From NCBI GenBank assembly GCA_049964975.1, contig JBMFWT010000002.1, forward strand, positions 41,599-105,598: a stretch of 64,000 nt of DNA, given 5' to 3'. Positions 62,501 through 64,000 of the stretch are shown here, piece after piece. Below the pieces are notes generated by a model that worked only from the letters and a program-made list of their open reading frames with translations, did no database searches and had not been told where the DNA came from. Within the stretch, counting starts at the first letter, position 1; every line of letters begins with the position of its first letter. Origin of the DNA: Acidiphilium sp. (GTDB lineage: Bacteria > Pseudomonadota > Alphaproteobacteria > Acetobacterales > Acetobacteraceae). The position numbers and the translations under genes were made by a program.

Positions 62501-64000
62501 CATATGATCCGTTCGTGCCAACACTGGCGAGCGTCAATTCATTTCCGACGCTGACCAAAGCCGCTAGATCCAAACTCGTTGCACCCAGCAATACCGAGGG
62601 CGCCTCGATGGACCCCGTTACGGTCAATTTGCCAGAGTCACGTAATGAAAACCCACCATTGCTCAGTGAAACACCTGCGAAATTATCAACCGCATTCAGC
62701 GTACTTGCCAAATCAATGGCGGCACTGGCATTTGCCAACGATAGGCTGTTCGCAACGATACCACCCGTCGATGATTCGGTTATCCCAGCAGAATCAATTA
62801 GATAAACAGAATTACCACCCGCGTCGACAAGCCCGTTCAGCGCCAAAGCCGAGCGGTCACCGATTACCACAGAACCGTTGGAAACGCTCAGGGCGCCGAT
62901 TGTGTCAATTTGATTAGTCGCATTCCCCAACAAAACGCCGCCAGCAATCGTCCCACCACCCGATGACAATGTGCCAATTGTCAAAACGCCCGAATAAGTC
63001 GGGTTCTGCACTCCGCCCTTCTGGTCAACCAAGCCGCCCGACGTGATCGTTGCCGAGAACAATGATCCAACCTGGATCGGTCCAGAGAAGGTTACTCCAT
63101 ACCCATTGTTATTACTATCAGTCACGTAAAGATCGACGGCATCAATCGTACCCGCAAGACTGACGCCTGCACTGCTTTGGATCGAGATCGTCCCCGAGGC
63201 GCTGATTGTGCTACCTGCTTGCGCCGCGACGCCACCGGCATTTGCCCCCGCGCTCGTCAAACTGATCTCGGCAGCGTCGAGCGTGCCTGATACCCCTATC
63301 GTTGTGGCATCGAAACTTACATTACCAGCAGCGTTGACAGGCCCGTTGATCGCCAATGATCCATGATCAACCAGCGAAAATGAAGCACCTTCTGCAGTTG
63401 AAGTCGCAATACTGAAAGCACCGACGGCACCAACGGAATTATATCCCTGTGTGAGATTGACAGTGCCCTGCAATCCAGAACCCGACTCAATCGTCGCCGC
63501 TGTAATCGAGGCACCCGACAATTCGTTGAATGAACCGCTGCCGCCGAAAATTAGGGCGTTCGCGGCGTAAAGGCTGGAGTTTATCGCAACACTTTTCCCA
63601 TACAGCGCAATATTTCTCGCCGCCAGATAATTATTCAGGATAAGCGTTGCTTCATCGGCCAGAGTAATATCGGCACCTGATACACTAATTCCTGAGATAG
63701 AACCAAATTGGTTCAAGCTATTGCCAAGGACAATACCATATTTCGACGAGGGGTTGATTATAGCCAGATAACCGCTTGCACCGAGGTCAATGACCCCGCC
63801 CGCGCTCTCCGTTATGCCTTGATTACCATTCAGAGTAATCGCCCGCCCGATATCCGCGAGCGTTCCAGCAAGCACCAATGATCCACTTGTCGCAATATTG
63901 CCAGTCCCCCCGCTGATCGTTAGCCCTCCCAAAGTGCCGATCGTGTTCGCAGTATTTCCCAGGGTCACGCCACCACCAATCGTTCCCCCATCGGACGACA
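56574..64000 (-). CDS. Giant repeat exoprotein, filamentous-hemagglutinin/TpsA-like beta-helical shaft (partial, N-terminus outside the window)
   Basis: An uninterrupted minus-strand frame runs from the window edge to the TAA at 56574-56576 and is still open at 64000. It is built of Gly/Ser/Thr/Ala/Leu/Asn-rich repeats of about 87-90 aa, with a unique 193-aa C-terminal region. Coding status is certain. The TpsA assignment is tentative because no TPS domain is visible. Confidence 0.8.
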   Translation of the reverse strand, partial: SSDGGTIGGGVTLGNTANTIGTLGGLTISGGTGNIATSGSLVLAGTLADIGRAITLNGNQGITESAGGVIDLGASGYLAIINPSSKYGIVLGNSLNQFGSISGISVSGADITLADEATLILNNYLAARNIALYGKSVAINSSLYAANALIFGGSGSFNELSGASITAATIESGSGLQGTVNLTQGYNSVGAVGAFSIATSTAEGASFSLVDHGSLAINGPVNAAGNVSFDATTIGVSGTLDAAEISLTSAGANAGGVAAQAGSTISASGTISIQSSAGVSLAGTIDAVDLYVTDSNNNGYGVTFSGPIQVGSLFSATITSGGLVDQKGGVQNPTYSGVLTIGTLSSGGGTIAGGVLLGNATNQIDTIGALSVSNGSVVIGDRSALALNGLVDAGGNSVYLIDSAGITESSTGGIVANSLSLANASAAIDLASTLNAVDNFAGVSLSNGGFSLRDSGKLTVTGSIEAPSVLLGATSLDLAALVSVGNELTLASVGTNGSYVSQSGAGSIIATTLTTGTDSFLGAVDLSAPANAINTLAAFSTTGALILDEAGSLTIAGLVKASSISLGAQGGLSENGGTISTGLFSDTATLTGLTLAGANTITSLAAFNAGINGIDLNDPGARLTVSSESFDASGITLSAAGLNLDGTLNAGAGTVALGSRYGVTQGTAGAIIASVLTTDGTLIGPIGLGDTHNSINTLDVMSLGTSGSFDLADATMLTIAGSLTATGVTLGNQGVDILAPISVGTGVVSFIGPGVITEGTNGAVTAGTLEGTGTFGAINLVPVGTVVNAIGSLGAITASGNISLSTSGSLAIIGGVSTAGTLALSAIGLTENSGGAIDTNSLVEISSFANAVDLSGANSITNLGSFDVLSGNFILHDNNPLSLSNLLLAPNVKLIDPAGLTFGSTISVSTGGSIALISDALSDPAGVFLAPSGTIAVAPYNNTALYLGSPGNSPQALNISNSLANALLGSAQLVVLGSATASGTSFAASSIIGAGVIGTVTNTLDLLSDGAFTNQGTLTGGASSSLLIDVAGSVFSVGTLQAETLNVVAGGPFISGGLIDAVMMAGSAGAGISLSDRQNSIDNIGGLTAGTAGILIDDSAGLTLDGPIVAGPAAPISFLVNTVQATIGASISDPGGTVSFAPLGSTYGAVIGTGASTGTLGLGINLLGAISPDVAALVIGDHYTPVLTVNQGVSLGINNVSFVAKTIDIGGSLVVPGTLDLLAGAGGISQSAALNVGYLIGTASGGVVLNDLTNQIGALGNFTATSQYFSLLDNENLTIAGVLLASTASISAPSLDLTGFINVPGTLSLSGTHGIDEPGSITGGVLIGSGSGAVFLTGSNSITDLANFSVSGVAPFDLSNRSSLLVSGSVAAGDVTLSAAGMSISGAITTPGTLAFGSSGAITETGSINATSVSSSGAVSGNVTLLGTNNIDNIGYLTVSGGLTLNDLSSLTVAAPVYAAAATLTAAGISIPSLISVTGVLALNSAGLIKETGSIDAGSLINSAPNSSAVELYGANKIADLGSFSQSSAGTLVLDDNQNLTVSGSVSGGVVSLNAGPGVSIIGTVAVSTLAVGGSQVTEASTGSVDTNLLQSVNSISGNVSLVGINSIAQIADFFDNGALVVHDGADLLLGGTVSALNAAFVVPSLTIGGLLSVNQGATIDSSGLVSEPGSLTVGTSLNGSIGGDLSLTGTNNIASIGALTDNATIYLTDSAPLTIAGTLDAQSAFLTAPSMAINGLVSATSTLALASSSGVSEAGAIDAGLLTWSGAAGQNALLTGTNTIAILSNFGAPGAGTLAVRDNGLLMVDGSIDGAVASLVAGTLDLAGAISVANSLAIGASSSVSEGGSVIAPTLVGLGVIGGNVSLTGQNRIGALGSFSQAPTATLDLIDASALTINGAVTGGSATLSAAGLNFTGAVSMPGTLALASSGGVAEDGSIAAGVLTSAGPIIGNAILTGSNSIAVLGNFNDQGLLDLADSAGLTVAGPVFAPTATLTASSLAIAGLVSVSGALALSDSSASGGISETGTIDANSLESAGVSAGDASLTNANLIGTLGAWNNSGSFALADVQSLIVAGPFDAVSAHLQAPSIDFAGPVTANTVLAVQSTGSVVQTGGTIAVPTLVSDGVIGGSVDLGAGNAILNLDSFAVQGNLFLHDASVLTAGDPVSSAQAITLDASGINLVGDLQAATKLLLGSSGPVTEVAGATISTPLLESYGTLDGAVQLDSQANQIGSIGQFLLLNQPFSLIDNQALTVIGPVAAKAVSLTVQGLLTLDGVAGGGLYISGVYETPPGATVAPIPTSIDTVLTINGPTPQLVQTGIFTIDGPPLAGTGVYPNSDNTVFVLFDPGKSNSGSNATFQNLQANTTELILELNSGTASGQLFLNRLLVVGNAGGRINFIGTLGGVAGTGAAHNGTVFPFPSSNYQFNACPIGSVDCTILPIETVPESSPLLNFDLTPPRRRKLDRNVRLPGIAARDY

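Noticed and set aside
57382-62917. Many long plus-strand ORFs lie opposite the giant gene, for example 59293-60288 (331 aa), 58102-58881 (259 aa), 62038-62805 (255 aa) and 61198-61803 (201 aa).
   Set aside because: They lie antisense to a 7.4-kb uninterrupted frame. Their translations are low-complexity and Pro/Ala/Ser/Val-rich with no recognisable motifs. The biased codon set of the repeats (GGC/GCC/ACC/AGC and similar) rarely produces antisense stops. I treat them as frame artefacts.

Overview
The window is a 64-kb chromosomal segment from a GC-rich alphaproteobacterium. Gene content and order look most like Acetobacteraceae/Rhodospirillales: GcrA, split PntAA/PntAB/PntB, atpI-B-E-F'-F, ctaC-D-B-E-surf1 and hpnA-E. 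The taxon is an inference, not a database hit. I can support about 58 protein-coding genes, nearly all housekeeping. They cover hopanoid precursor synthesis, cell-wall enzymes, transhydrogenase, aa3-type cytochrome oxidase, queC, kdsA-pyrG-secG-tpiA, trpE-GD-C with moaC-moeA, smc, ATP synthase F0 and purC-purS. I found no rRNA, tRNA, CRISPR array, transposase or integrase. The non-housekeeping part is the last ~12.4 kb (51.6-64.0 kb). It holds three tightly packed minus-strand genes. The first is a giant repeat exoprotein of more than 2470 aa, with its 5' end outside the window. The second is a lipoprotein-type TPR-CHAT (caspase-fold) protease whose ATG overlaps the giant gene's stop. The third, 3 nt further on, is a transmembrane Hanks Ser/Thr kinase with a Cys-containing extracytoplasmic domain. 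I regard this as a candidate envelope-spanning secretion, processing and signalling module and, as far as I know, an uncharacterised one. Smaller observations: (1) an unannotated 47-codon membrane-peptide gene behind a perfect TGTGA-N6-TCACA box next to a CRP-like regulator; (2) a 29-bp tandem duplication that creates a uORF at the bpt start; (3) an 11-mer direct-repeat array in the tpiA/ppiD divergent promoter region; (4) a cta cluster lacking Cox11; (5) an hpn cluster lacking the cyclase gene. All coordinates and motif positions were counted by hand from the sequence. Family assignments come from recognised motifs, not searches.
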